DNA of 64,000 nucleotides from a bacterium (GTDB taxonomy: Bacteria; Myxococcota_A; UBA9042): contig JAUIAC010000003.1 in assembly GCA_030425545.1 (NCBI GenBank), forward strand, positions 3,857 through 67,856. Reading direction: 5' to 3'. Shown here in pieces: positions 54,597 to 64,000 of this stretch. Each line of letters starts with the position of its first letter. Position 1 is the first letter of the stretch. The translations under genes were made by a program, and so were the position numbers. A model generated the notes under the pieces. It did not search any database. It had not been told where the DNA came from and saw nothing but the letters and a program-made list of their open reading frames with translations.

Positions 54597-56273
54597 TCAC
54601 GTGGCGCCGGTGCCGTAGTAGCGCTGGTCGTACTGCCGGATCATCCGCGCCGCCGAGAACGCCGGGGCGGTGGCCACCGCGCGCTTCCGCACCGCGCGAA
54701 AGACGCTCGGATCCGCCTCCCAGGCCGGCAGGATCTGCTCGCCCAGCACGCGGTAGAGCGCGTCGGCGTCGCGCAGGTCGTCGCGGTGCTCCTCGCCGTG
54801 GCCGATCGCCCAGCCGTTTTCGCCGTGGGCGCAGCCCTCAGCCCACCAGCCGTCGAGCACGCTGAAGTTGGGCACGCCGTTGAGCGCCGCCTTCATGCCG
54901 CTGGTACCGCAGGCCTCCAGCGGCCTGATCGGGTTGTTCAGCCAGATGTCGACGCCCGAGGTCAGCATGCGGCCGAGCCACATGTTGTAGTTGGGCAGAA
55001 AGGCCACGTTGAGCCGGCCGCGGAGCTCGCGAGAACGCTTGACGATCTCGCTCACCAGGGCGCGCCCGCGCACGTCGTTGGGGTGCGCCTTGCCGGCGAA
55101 GATCACCTGCACGCGGCCCGTGCCGAACTTCAGCAGCCGGTCCAGATCGGTGAAGAGCAGCGTCGCGCGCTTGTAGGGCGCCGCGCGGCGGGCGAAGCCC
55201 AGGGTCAGCACGTCTTCGCGCAGGCCGAGCTGGGTCAGCCCGTTGGCATACTCGATGAGCTCGGCCTTGGCGACCGCGCGCGCGGCGTCGAAGGCGGCGT
55301 CGAACTCGGCGTCGTCGCGCGCCACGAGCGGCTCCAGCAGGTGACTGTCGTCGCGCCACCCCGGGGCGAAGCGGTCGTAGAGCGCCGCCAGGGCCGGGTG
55401 GACCCAGGTGTCGAAGTGCACCCCGTTGGTCAGCCCGTCGACCGCCCGATCCGGGAAGATGTCGCGCGCGACGCGAGCGTTGATCTCGCTGACGCCGTTG
55501 CACGAGTCCGCCAGCGCCGAGGCGAGGGTCGACATGCTCACGCGGCTCTCACCGCCGAGCTTGGCCACCGCCTCGGGCACGTACGCACCCACCACGCGGA
55601 CCACGTCTTCGAGGTCGAACACGTCATGACCCGCCGGCACCGGCGTGTGGGTCGTGAAGTGGGTCCGCCGGCGCACGGCGTCACGGTCGCCGAGATCTCG
55701 CAGCATGGCGCAGGCGAAGAAGGCGGTGTGGCCCTCGTTCAGGTGGGCACAGAGCTCGCCCTGCCAGCCCAGCGCCTGCATCAGCTCGTAGCCGCCGATG
55801 CCAAGCACGGCCTCTTGCCGCAGCCGGTTGGCGTGGTCGCCGCCGTAGAGCATGCGCGACACGTCCTGCCACTCCGGCGGGTTCTCCGGCAGCAGCGTGT
55901 CCAAGAAGTACACCGGGACCACGTGGCCGTGACGGCCGACCTGGTCGAAGCGCCAGGCGTGGGCGTGCACGGTCTGCCCGTCGAGCTCCAGCTTGAGCCG
56001 AACGCCTGAGTCCGCGAGCAGGGCCGACGGGCTGCACCGCGGGAAGTCCAGGTGCTGCTCGCCGTGCACGTCGATGCGCTGCAGGCCGTAGCCCTGGTGG
56101 TAGTAGAGCGAGATCCCCACCAGCGGCACACCGGCGTCGGCCGCCGACTTGACGTGGTCGCCGGCGAGCACGCCGAGGCCGCCCGAGTACGTCGCGAGGG
56201 ACGTGCGCAGGCCGAACTCGGCGGAGATGTAGGCGACCGTCTTGGTCGGTGGAGTAGCGGATGCGGTGGTCAT
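54597..56273 (-). CDS. glgP: Alpha-glucan (glycogen/maltodextrin) phosphorylase, GT35 family, short type
   Basis: N-terminal VAYISAEFGL, and the PLP-Lys region TSGMKAALNG. 558 aa from the internal ATG at 56273. Confidence 0.85.
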   Translation of the reverse strand: MTTASATPPTKTVAYISAEFGLRTSLATYSGGLGVLAGDHVKSAADAGVPLVGISLYYHQGYGLQRIDVHGEQHLDFPRCSPSALLADSGVRLKLELDGQTVHAHAWRFDQVGRHGHVVPVYFLDTLLPENPPEWQDVSRMLYGGDHANRLRQEAVLGIGGYELMQALGWQGELCAHLNEGHTAFFACAMLRDLGDRDAVRRRTHFTTHTPVPAGHDVFDLEDVVRVVGAYVPEAVAKLGGESRVSMSTLASALADSCNGVSEINARVARDIFPDRAVDGLTNGVHFDTWVHPALAALYDRFAPGWRDDSHLLEPLVARDDAEFDAAFDAARAVAKAELIEYANGLTQLGLREDVLTLGFARRAAPYKRATLLFTDLDRLLKFGTGRVQVIFAGKAHPNDVRGRALVSEIVKRSRELRGRLNVAFLPNYNMWLGRMLTSGVDIWLNNPIRPLEACGTSGMKAALNGVPNFSVLDGWWAEGCAHGENGWAIGHGEEHRDDLRDADALYRVLGEQILPAWEADPSVFRAVRKRAVATAPAFSAARMIRQYDQRYYGTGAT

Positions 56274-56535
56274 GAACGCTCCAGGTGCGGGCGAAGAGAC
56301 GGGGGAGGCCAGGGCGCCTCGCGACGCGTTGCCGGCGGAGCCTGCCAGCACGTCGCTCTGGTTGACAACGAGGGGGGGCAGGGGAACAACCCGTCGGGTG
56401 CGACGCGATGTCTGCGCGCGGGCTCCGGTAGCGTCTGCCGGGCCCTCCGGGGACGTCGCCGCACGCGAGATCCTTGCGGCGGGCCCGAGCCCATCGCACG
56501 CCCCACGGCCAGACGGCCTCACTGTGGACAGCACC

Positions 56536-57894
56536 ATGGACTCCAGCACGCCCGCCCCTCCTGCGCCGCTCAACACCGAGCTGGTGTCGCACGACGGCCC
56601 CGGACATCAGTGGCTCGCCTCGCGCTCTGCCGCGGGGATCAAGCTCGGTCTCGACCGGACCCACGCCCTGCTCAGGCGCCTGGGTGACCCGCAGCACGCC
56701 ACGCCGTCGGTGATCGTCGCCGGGACCAACGGCAAGGGCTCCACGTCCGCCATGATCGCGGCCTTGCTGGAGCAGGCCGGGCTCCGGGTTGGCCACTTCA
56801 CGTCGCCGCACCTGGTCGAGACGCGCGAGCGTTTCCGTCTCGGTGGCCGGTGCGTCGCCGCCGAGGCGCTGGACGACGCGCTGGTCGCTGTGCGCGACGC
56901 CGCCGGTGACGACCTCGAGGTCACGCCCTTCGAGGCCCTCTCGGCCGCCGGGTTCGTGCTCTTTCGCGAGGCCGACATCACCGTGTTGGAGGTTGGGCTC
57001 GGCGGCCGGCTCGACGCGACCAACGTCACCGAGCCGCTGGTCGCGGTCGTGACCCAGATCGCGCGGGACCACACGCGCGTGCTGGGAGACACCTTGGCCG
57101 AGATCGCGCGCGAGAAGGTCGCCGTGGCGCGCCCCGGTCGTCCGCTGGTGGTGTCGCAGCCCGCCGTCACCATTGGCGCAGCCCGTCGGCTCGGGCTCGA
57201 CTGCCCGGTCCGCAAGGTCGGGACCGACGCCGTGATCAGCGACGCCAAGGTCGGCGGCAAGCGCCTGCTCACGAGCGGGGTGCTCTCCGGGCCCGGGGTG
57301 GGCGTGCCCCTCCACGTTGAGGTCGCGCTCCACGGGCTGCACCAACTCGACAACGCCGCGGCGGCCGTGCTCGCGTACCAGGAGGTGCGCGCCGCCTGGC
57401 CGTCGCCGCTGCCCGAGCCGGTCGAGGTCGCCTGGGTCCTGGCCGAGCTGCCCTGGCCGGCGCGCCTCGAGGTCGTCTCGACCGAGCCGCTGGTGGTGCT
57501 CGACGGAGCGCACAACCCGGCCGGCATGCGCGCGCTGGCCAACACGCTCAAGAGCCGCAGCGACCGCTGGCACGTGCTCCTGTCGGTGCGGGACAACCGG
57601 GACGCCGAGGCCCTGGTTCGCGAGCTGGGGCCCGTGGCCGAGTCGTTCTGGCTGCCGCGGATGGTGAGCGAGCGGCTCCAGGACGCCCACGCGCTGGCGC
57701 GGGTCGTCGACGCGTGCGCCAGCCACGCCAACACGGCCGTGGGGGGCGCCGCCGCGTGCCTGCGCGAGGCGAAGCGCGAGGCCCATCGCAGCGCAGGCGT
57801 GGTGCTGACCGGGAGCCTCTATGGCATCGGGGAGTGGCTCGGAGCCGGGGTGATCCGCAGCCCTCGGCTGGAGCGCTGGGTCGGCGGAAGCTGA
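56536..57894 (+). CDS. folC: Folylpolyglutamate synthase/dihydrofolate synthase
   Basis: Mur-ligase P-loop VAGTNGKGST and the Mur ligase central/C-terminal domains. Confidence 0.8.
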   Translation: MDSSTPAPPAPLNTELVSHDGPGHQWLASRSAAGIKLGLDRTHALLRRLGDPQHATPSVIVAGTNGKGSTSAMIAALLEQAGLRVGHFTSPHLVETRERFRLGGRCVAAEALDDALVAVRDAAGDDLEVTPFEALSAAGFVLFREADITVLEVGLGGRLDATNVTEPLVAVVTQIARDHTRVLGDTLAEIAREKVAVARPGRPLVVSQPAVTIGAARRLGLDCPVRKVGTDAVISDAKVGGKRLLTSGVLSGPGVGVPLHVEVALHGLHQLDNAAAAVLAYQEVRAAWPSPLPEPVEVAWVLAELPWPARLEVVSTEPLVVLDGAHNPAGMRALANTLKSRSDRWHVLLSVRDNRDAEALVRELGPVAESFWLPRMVSERLQDAHALARVVDACASHANTAVGGAAACLREAKREAHRSAGVVLTGSLYGIGEWLGAGVIRSPRLERWVGGS

Positions 57895-58120
57895 GGCCAC
57901 CCGCGGCAGCGCCCGCCCCCGGCGGAGCTCCTCAAGAGGCGAGCTCCGACGGGGGATCGGCGGTGATTTGCCCTTGACGTGGCGCCCCGCGCGCGGCTAC
58001 AACCCGCCGCCCCGCGCGCCAGCGCTGGGCCGGGTCACGCTGCCGACCACCCTGGCGGCAGCCAATCTCCCGCGGACTCCCCCAAGCGCACACCCACTGC
58101 CGTGCGCACGGAGCAACACC

Positions 58121-58762
58121 ATGACCATCGGAATCTTCGGCCGCAAAGTCGGCATGACCCAGATCTTCGGCCCTGAGGGCGACCGCATCCCGGTCACCGT
58201 CGTCGACGCCGGCGCCAACACCGTCGTCAAGGTCAAGACCGAGGACGGCGCCGACGGCTACAACGCCATCGTGGTCGGCTACGGCGACATCAAGGCCAAG
58301 CACGTCAACAAGCCGAAGGCTGGCTTCTTCGCCAAGCAGGGCGTCGAGGCCAAGGCGCACCTGCGCGAGGCCCGCGTCGAGGCGTCGGACGTCGCGTTGA
58401 TGGAGGTCGGTCAGAGCATCGACGCCAGCGTGTTCTCCGTCGGCTCCTTCGTCGACGTGGTCGGCACCACGCGCGGCCGCGGCTTCGCCGGTGTGATCAA
58501 GCGCCACAACTTCAACGCCCCGAAGGCGACGCACGGTACCCACGAGAAGTTCCGCCACGGTGGTTCGCTCGGTCAGAACACGACCCCCGGCCGCGTCTAC
58601 AAGGGCAAGAAGATGGCCGGTCACTACGGCAACAGCCGCGTGACTGTGCAGAACCTGCTCATCGTCGGCGTCGAGACGGACAAGAACCTGGTCCTCATCA
58701 AGGGCAGCGTCCCCGGCCCGAACGGCCGCCTGATCTGGATGCAGAAGTCCGTCAAGGGCTAG
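58121..58762 (+). CDS. rplC: 50S ribosomal protein L3, stand-alone and not in an S10 operon
   Basis: MTIGIFGRKVGMTQIF... and FRHGGSLGQNTTPGRVYKGKKMAGHYG are uL3 signatures. No rpsJ or rplD flanks it. Confidence 0.9.
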   Translation: MTIGIFGRKVGMTQIFGPEGDRIPVTVVDAGANTVVKVKTEDGADGYNAIVVGYGDIKAKHVNKPKAGFFAKQGVEAKAHLREARVEASDVALMEVGQSIDASVFSVGSFVDVVGTTRGRGFAGVIKRHNFNAPKATHGTHEKFRHGGSLGQNTTPGRVYKGKKMAGHYGNSRVTVQNLLIVGVETDKNLVLIKGSVPGPNGRLIWMQKSVKG

Positions 58763-58793
58763 CCTGACGCGCGCTCACAGCGCACCGACCCCG

Positions 58794-58835
58794 CGGGGCG
58801 CCTTCCGAGAGGAGGGCGCCCCGCTGTCGTTGTGG
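58794..58835 (+). terminator. Putative intrinsic terminator downstream of rplC
   Basis: cggggcgcc-(12 nt)-ggcgccccg is a 9-bp stem followed by ctgtcgttgtgg. The T-tract is weak. Confidence 0.35.
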
Positions 58836-58924
58836 GTCGCGGCGCGTGAGTGAGCGGCACCTTGCGCGGGGAACGGGCGCCGTGGCACGGTCCGCGCACG
58901 TGGCGTGCCACGGGTGAGGTCTCC

Positions 58925-60031
58925 ATGCAGGTGCTGTTTCCAGCGGCCCTAGACGGCATCTCGAGTGAGCTTGTGGACTGCCCCAGCCGGGCGTGGCTCC
59001 CCGCCGCGCAGGAGGCGTGGGACGCCGCGCAGGAGGGCTCGAAGCGCCGCGGCAAGCGGGGCGAGGTCCCCTTTCCGCCCGCCGCCGCCGAGCGCGCGCT
59101 GCTCACGGCCACGGTCGAGGGGCTCCCGCTCGGCGAGCAGAGCGACGTCAAGGCGCCGTTGACGGGCTTCCCGGTGTGGGCCTGGGCGACGCCCGACGGC
59201 GTCGAGCTCTCGTTCAGCACGCTCTCTTCTGCCGTTCGCCGCCGGCTGGCGGCCACCGATGACCCCGCCGCGCTCGCCCACGCCGAAGGGGGTTGGCGCA
59301 CGCCGCTCGCCGTCTTCCGCTTCGCCGACGGCCTGCAGCAGCTGCGGGTGACCTCGCGCACCAAGATGCCGTGGTCCGACTACGTGGTGCTGCGCGAGAC
59401 CCTCCTCGACGCCTTGGCGGACCGTCGCCAGCCGCTCCTGGCCCGGCTCGCCGAGATCGCCGGTGTCGCCGCCATGGTCGCCAGCGAGCGCGCCCTGCCC
59501 ACGGAATTCCCGGTGCTCAACGCCCGGCTCTTCCTGGCGTGGCGGGGATTCCTGGAGTCCCGTGTCGCGGCGGCGTCGGCCACCGAGCTCGCGGCTTTTG
59601 CGCAGACGGCGTGGCCGCTCTTCCGGGACGACCTGACCACGGCCGACGGCTTGGAGGCCGCGCTCGCCGGCGACTGGCGCGCCGACCTGCGCACGTGGAT
59701 CGTGCCGGACGAGCGCTCGCTCACCGAGGCGATCGAGGGCTACCTGGGCGTCCGCCTCTTCGCGGCGCCGCTGGACCGCTTCCGCACCGTCATCCGGGGG
59801 CACGTCGAGCTGCTCGAGGGCTTCGCGACCGGCCTTCGCTACGCCGCGGCCTTTGGCGCGCTGCAAGGCGCTCCGCTCACCGGCGAACAGATCGTCGCGG
59901 CGCTCGCGCTCGGTGAGCACGCCGTGGCCCAGGCTGGCGCCGCGCTCCCCGGCTTTGCGCTGCCCAAGTCCAGCCATGACCGGGGGCCGCGCATGGCGGA
60001 CCTCGACATGACGCTCGAGAGCATCTGCTGA
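58925..60031 (+). CDS. Hypothetical protein
   Basis: Coding-like ORF. ATG at 58925 is preferred over 58850. No motif recognised. Confidence 0.45.
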   Translation: MQVLFPAALDGISSELVDCPSRAWLPAAQEAWDAAQEGSKRRGKRGEVPFPPAAAERALLTATVEGLPLGEQSDVKAPLTGFPVWAWATPDGVELSFSTLSSAVRRRLAATDDPAALAHAEGGWRTPLAVFRFADGLQQLRVTSRTKMPWSDYVVLRETLLDALADRRQPLLARLAEIAGVAAMVASERALPTEFPVLNARLFLAWRGFLESRVAAASATELAAFAQTAWPLFRDDLTTADGLEAALAGDWRADLRTWIVPDERSLTEAIEGYLGVRLFAAPLDRFRTVIRGHVELLEGFATGLRYAAAFGALQGAPLTGEQIVAALALGEHAVAQAGAALPGFALPKSSHDRGPRMADLDMTLESIC

Positions 60032-60054
60032 GCACCTCGGGCGCGACCGCGCAG

Positions 60055-60837
60055 GTGCTGCTGACCCGCGCGACAGACGACAACGCTGCGCTTCGGCGCC
60101 GGCTTGAATCGCGCGGTCTCACCGTGGCGGAGCTGCCCACGGCGTCTCTCACGCTGACCGAGGTCGCTCACACGGTCTTTGACGTGGCCCTGCGCGAGGC
60201 CGACGCGCTGGCGTTCACCAGCCGACACGGCGTCCGCGGGGCGGGCGCGTTCGCGTCGTCGCTCGTCGACTGGTGGGTGGCCGGCGGGCGCGTCGCGGCG
60301 GTGGGCGCAGCGACGCAGCGCGCGATCCTGGCGGAGCTCGGCGCGCCTGCCGGAGCGACTCCGGTGCTGACCCCGCCCGCAGCCGCGAGCACGGGCGCAG
60401 GCCTGGCCGACGCGCTGGCGGCCGCCCTCGGCCCCGGTGGCCGCGTCTTGCACGCCTGCGGCGCCCACGCCCGCCCAGAGCTCGGCGACACGCTCCGGGA
60501 CCGGGGACTGTCGTGCGCCAGGCTGGTGCTCTATCGCAACGACGCGCCGGCGGCGCCCTCGCGCGCGAGGGTGCGCGCGGTGGCTGGGATCCCCGTGGTC
60601 TATCTCGCCGCGCCCTCTGCTGCGGATCGCCTGTTTTCATGGGTCCCTGCGCTGCGAGAGGCCACGCTGGTCGCCATCGGACCGACCACGGCCGCGCACG
60701 TCGAGAGCCGCCATGGCGTGACGCCCAGCGCTGTGGCACAAGACCCTTCGTTGGACGCCGTCGCTGCCGCGATCGGGTCCGCTGTGACCGCAGCGCAGGC
60801 CGCGCTCACGACGGATCCCCCAGGCACCACGTCCTGA
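60055..60837 (+). CDS. hemD: Uroporphyrinogen-III synthase
   Basis: GTG start VLLTRATDD... (HemD typically begins ..LLTRP). 260 aa. It lies directly upstream of hemL. Confidence 0.65.
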   Translation: MLLTRATDDNAALRRRLESRGLTVAELPTASLTLTEVAHTVFDVALREADALAFTSRHGVRGAGAFASSLVDWWVAGGRVAAVGAATQRAILAELGAPAGATPVLTPPAAASTGAGLADALAAALGPGGRVLHACGAHARPELGDTLRDRGLSCARLVLYRNDAPAAPSRARVRAVAGIPVVYLAAPSAADRLFSWVPALREATLVAIGPTTAAHVESRHGVTPSAVAQDPSLDAVAAAIGSAVTAAQAALTTDPPGTTS

Positions 60838-60874
60838 CCTCAGACGCTCACCGACCCGCACGCAGGAGCCGCCC

Positions 60875-62167
60875 ATGTCCACTCACCCCGTGTCCGCGCG
60901 CCTCTTCACCCAGGCTCAGCAGGTGACCCCCGGCGGGGTCCACAGCCCTGTGCGCGCTTTTGGTTCCGTGCCCGGCGACCCGGTGTTCTTCGCCAGCGCG
61001 TCTGGGAGCCAGGCCACCGACGCCGACGGTCGGACCTACGTCGACCTGTGCATGTCCTGGGGCCCGCTGATCCTCGGTCATGCAGATCCGGCCGTGGTCC
61101 GCGCGGTGCAAGAGGCGGCGCCCAAGGGGCTCAGCTACGGTGCGTGCCACGCCGGCGAGGTGGCGCTCGCAGAGCTGATCGTCTCCGCCTTCCCCAGCTT
61201 CGATCAGTGCCGCTTCGTGAGCTCGGGCACCGAGGCGGTGATGACCGCCCTGCGCCTTGCGCGGGGCGCGACCGGCCGCTCGAAGGTGATCAAGTTCGAG
61301 GGCGGCTACCACGGCCACAGCGACGCGCTCTTGGTGAAGGCGGGCAGCGGGCTCATCACCGCCGCCGACCCGGACTCCGAGCCGTCCAGCGCCGGTGTTC
61401 CGGCCGAGGTCGCCGCCACCACGCTGCAGGTCCCCTTTGGAGACTTGGACGCTGTGACGCGGCTCTTCGAGCGCGTCGGCCACGACATCGCCGCGGTCAT
61501 CCTCGAGCCCATGCCCGCCAACAACGGCTTGCTCGTTCAGACCCCAGGGTTCCTCGCCGGGCTGCGCGCGCTCACCGCCGAGCACGGCGCGCTGCTCATC
61601 TTTGACGAGGTCATCTCTGGCTTCCGCACCGGCTGGGGTGGCTACAGCGCCGGGGTGACCCCGGACCTGGTGACGCTCGGCAAGGTCATCGGCGGCGGCA
61701 TGCCGGTGGGCGCCGTGGTCGGGCCGCGGGCGACCATGGAGCACCTGGCGCCGACCGGGCCGGTCTACCAGGCGGGCACGCTCAGCGGGAACCCGGTGTC
61801 CATGGCCGCCGGACACGCGACCCTCTCGCAGCTCGCCGACGGCGCTGTCTACGCCCGCCTCGAGGCCTTGGGCGCTCGCCTTCAGGCGCGCATCGAGGGC
61901 GGACGGACTCGGAGCTGGCCGCAGGTGCAGCGCGTGGGTTCCATCGTGTGGCTCTACCTCGACGAGGGTGCCCTCCCGACCCGCGCCGACACCATCAGCC
62001 AGACCCACGTGACGCGCTTCAACCACCTCCACGGGCAGCTCCTCGACGCTGGCTTCTACGTCCCACCTTCGGCCTATGAGGTGCTCTTCCTCTCCGCTGC
62101 GCACACCGACGCCGAGGTCGACGCCCTGGCGGACGCCGTGCTCAGCGCCGTCGCCGGGTTGGACTGA
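60875..62167 (+). CDS. hemL: Glutamate-1-semialdehyde 2,1-aminomutase
   Basis: 430-aa class-III aminotransferase with the GGVHSPVRAF and PLP-Lys (DLVTLGKVIGGG) regions. Confidence 0.9.
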   Translation: MSTHPVSARLFTQAQQVTPGGVHSPVRAFGSVPGDPVFFASASGSQATDADGRTYVDLCMSWGPLILGHADPAVVRAVQEAAPKGLSYGACHAGEVALAELIVSAFPSFDQCRFVSSGTEAVMTALRLARGATGRSKVIKFEGGYHGHSDALLVKAGSGLITAADPDSEPSSAGVPAEVAATTLQVPFGDLDAVTRLFERVGHDIAAVILEPMPANNGLLVQTPGFLAGLRALTAEHGALLIFDEVISGFRTGWGGYSAGVTPDLVTLGKVIGGGMPVGAVVGPRATMEHLAPTGPVYQAGTLSGNPVSMAAGHATLSQLADGAVYARLEALGARLQARIEGGRTRSWPQVQRVGSIVWLYLDEGALPTRADTISQTHVTRFNHLHGQLLDAGFYVPPSAYEVLFLSAAHTDAEVDALADAVLSAVAGLD

Positions 62168-62169
62168 CC

Positions 62170-63288
62170 ATGGCCAGGGCACGCCGGGACCGCGCGACCG
62201 TCATCTTCACGGCCGCGATCGTCGTGCTCATCGTGCTCAGCCTGTGGTGGATGGTCTTCTTTCACCGCGCCATCACCAATGAAAACCGCATGATGCGGCA
62301 GAGTCTGGACGACGCCGCCCACGTCCACGCGCTCCGCCTCCGCGTCGCTCGCACCGTGCCCGAGCCCGGCGTGTTCGCGCCGGACAAGCGCTTCGAGGTG
62401 CGGCAGGTGACCGAGGTGGCCCCCGGTGACGCCGTCATCCGCGCCCCCTGGGTGCTGCGGCCGCAGCGGGCGACCCTGCGCCGGCTCGACGACCACTTTG
62501 GCGGTCGTCGGCGGATGTTGCTGGGTGAAGGTGTGCTGCTCACCGGTCTGCTGCTCAGCGTGGTGGCGATGCTCTACCGGCTGGTGCAGGCAGAGCGGCG
62601 GTTTCGCGACGAGATGTCGGAGTTCCTGTCGCGGGTGACGCACGAGATGAAGACGCCGCTCGCGGGCATCAAGGCGGTGCTGCAGGTGGTCGAGTCGCAG
62701 CGCGTCCCAGCCGAGCAGGTGCCGGGGCTCGCCAGTCGGGCGCTCCGAGAGGTCGAGCGCGAACAGCAGCTGATCCAGAATCTGCTGCTGGCGCAGCGCA
62801 TGCGTCAGCCCGGTGCGTCGCTGGTGCGGGAGTCCGTCGACGTCACCGCGCTGCTGGCGGAGGTGCTGCAGCACCGCCGAGAGCTGCCGGGCGGCGTCAC
62901 GTTCACCCTGTCGGCAGCGGAGGCGGTGGTCGCGCGCGCCGATCTGAGCGCGCTGCGATCGATCGTCGACAACCTCCTCGACAACGCCGCCAAGTACGGC
63001 GCGGAGGAGGTCGAGGTGCAGGTGACCGAGCGCGACGCTGTGGCGTGCATCGACGTCAAGGACGACGGCATGGGCTTCGCTGAGACCGCGGCCGACGAGC
63101 TCTTCGCCCCCTTCCGGCGGACCGTGGGCGCGGCGGGTGGCAAGCAGGGCACCGGTCTGGGGCTCCACATCTCGCGCACCCTGGCGCGGCGCATGGGCGG
63201 CGACGTCACCGCGGTGAGTCCGGGCGAAGGGCAGGGCGCGGTCTTCTCGGTCACCCTCCCCCTTGCGGATCAACGCGCAAGCCTTTAG
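62170..63288 (+). CDS. Sensor histidine kinase (membrane-anchored; HisKA + HATPase_c)
   Basis: N-terminal TM segment, H-box SRVTHEMKTPL, and N, G1 and G2 boxes (DNLLDNAAKYG, DDGMGF, GTGLGL). Confidence 0.8.
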   Translation: MARARRDRATVIFTAAIVVLIVLSLWWMVFFHRAITNENRMMRQSLDDAAHVHALRLRVARTVPEPGVFAPDKRFEVRQVTEVAPGDAVIRAPWVLRPQRATLRRLDDHFGGRRRMLLGEGVLLTGLLLSVVAMLYRLVQAERRFRDEMSEFLSRVTHEMKTPLAGIKAVLQVVESQRVPAEQVPGLASRALREVEREQQLIQNLLLAQRMRQPGASLVRESVDVTALLAEVLQHRRELPGGVTFTLSAAEAVVARADLSALRSIVDNLLDNAAKYGAEEVEVQVTERDAVACIDVKDDGMGFAETAADELFAPFRRTVGAAGGKQGTGLGLHISRTLARRMGGDVTAVSPGEGQGAVFSVTLPLADQRASL

Positions 63289-63378
63289 ACCCCAGGCCAC
63301 ACGGCGCGCGTGTTTGGTGCGTCTGCTCCGCCACTCGGGCGTCACCGCCCGCCGCGCGTCACCTCGGAGAGCCGCAGC

Positions 63379-64000
63379 ATGAGCCGCATCCTGCTGGTGG
63401 AGGACGACGACCTCATCGGCACCATGGTGCGCCTTGTCCTCGAGCAAGAGGGCTACGGGGTCGACTGGCAGACCTCCGGCGAGTCCGGTCTGGCCCGCTG
63501 CGTCGGCGCGGACGCGCAGCGCTTCGACGCGATCCTCCTCGACATCACGCTCCCTGGCATGAGTGGGCTCGACGTGGCTGGCGCGCTCCGGCGTCACGGG
63601 GTGGGCACCCCGATCCTGATGCTGACGTCGCAGGACCAGACCGACAGCAAGGTCGACGCCTTCGAGCGCGGCGCCGACGACTACGTGTGCAAGCCCTTCG
63701 ACATGCCCGAGCTGCTCGCCCGACTCCGCGCGCAGATCCGGCGCAGCCAAGGGCGGCTCGAGTTGGCCAGCGATCGCAACACGGCCTTTGGCGCCGCCCG
63801 TGTCGACATCGACGGGCGGCGGCTCTGGGACCGCCACGGCGACGAGGTCACGCTCAGCGACAAGGAGCTCGATCTGGCCTTGCTCTTCGCCCGCCACCCG
63901 GGCCGCGTGCTGACGCGCGCGGACATCCTCGACGAGGTCTGGGGCATGGACGCCATGCCGACGGAGCGCACGGTCGACAACTTCATCGTCCGCTTGCGGC
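63379..64000 (+). CDS. OmpR/PhoB-family response regulator. The 3' end lies outside the window.
   Basis: Receiver-domain Asp pocket (LLVEDDD, ILLDITLPGMSG, K at KPFD). A winged-helix start (LSDKELDLALLFARHPGRVLTRADILDEVWG). Confidence 0.85.
   Translation, partial: MSRILLVEDDDLIGTMVRLVLEQEGYGVDWQTSGESGLARCVGADAQRFDAILLDITLPGMSGLDVAGALRRHGVGTPILMLTSQDQTDSKVDAFERGADDYVCKPFDMPELLARLRAQIRRSQGRLELASDRNTAFGAARVDIDGRRLWDRHGDEVTLSDKELDLALLFARHPGRVLTRADILDEVWGMDAMPTERTVDNFIVRLR

Noticed and set aside
58870-58905. TGGCACG and a 9-bp inverted repeat (ccgtggcac...gtgccacgg) upstream of the 58925 gene, as a possible sigma-54 promoter
   Set aside because: The -12 element is absent at the required spacing (GCGC instead of TTGC). 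It is probably only a palindromic operator or a coincidental match.

Overview
This is a high-GC (~70%) chromosomal window with Myxococcota-type hallmarks: myxobacterial Cys-rich repeat (TIGR02232-like) proteins, many lipoprotein signals, a PP2C phosphatase, a PilT paralogue and a sigma-54 promoter. The coding strand is often ambiguous because long antisense 'shadow' ORFs are abundant; genes were called from recognisable family motifs, signal peptides and ATGA/GTGA start-stop overlaps. No tRNA, rRNA, CRISPR or transposase was recognised.

Housekeeping content:
- a glycoside hydrolase family 1 (GH1) beta-glucosidase
- cysK-cysE-(hypothetical)-folD and gcvT-gcvH (cysteine and one-carbon metabolism)
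- aspS, selD, glgP-like phosphorylase, folC, a stand-alone rplC, hemD-hemL
- a histidine kinase / OmpR-type response regulator pair at the 3' end

Accessory content:
- a WS/DGAT-SCP2 fusion followed by a PlsC acyltransferase in an operon
- two Cys-rich secreted proteins, one a 1497-aa lipoprotein with three LamG-like domains
- a peptidoglycan-binding protein with a caspase-like His/Cys dyad
- a priming sugar-phosphate transferase ATGA-coupled to an alpha/beta hydrolase
- a paired active/inactive M16 peptidase operon with a HEAT-like protein and dapA
- a PilT-type ATPase carrying cNMP-binding and GspE_N sensor domains

The best candidate for an undescribed system is at 23.7-26.7 kb. A HEAT-repeat protein is GTGA-coupled to a single-polypeptide DUF692 (MNIO-type oxidative enzyme)-DUF2063 fusion with no canonical Cys-rich precursor nearby. 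Immediately downstream is an AT-rich island holding three GTGTC-N-GACAC palindromes, a 15/16 match to the sigma-54 -24/-12 consensus, a ~250-nt low-GC3 transcript region and a strong bidirectional terminator. I read this as a candidate sigma-54-dependent small RNA or leader transcript linked to the modification-enzyme operon.
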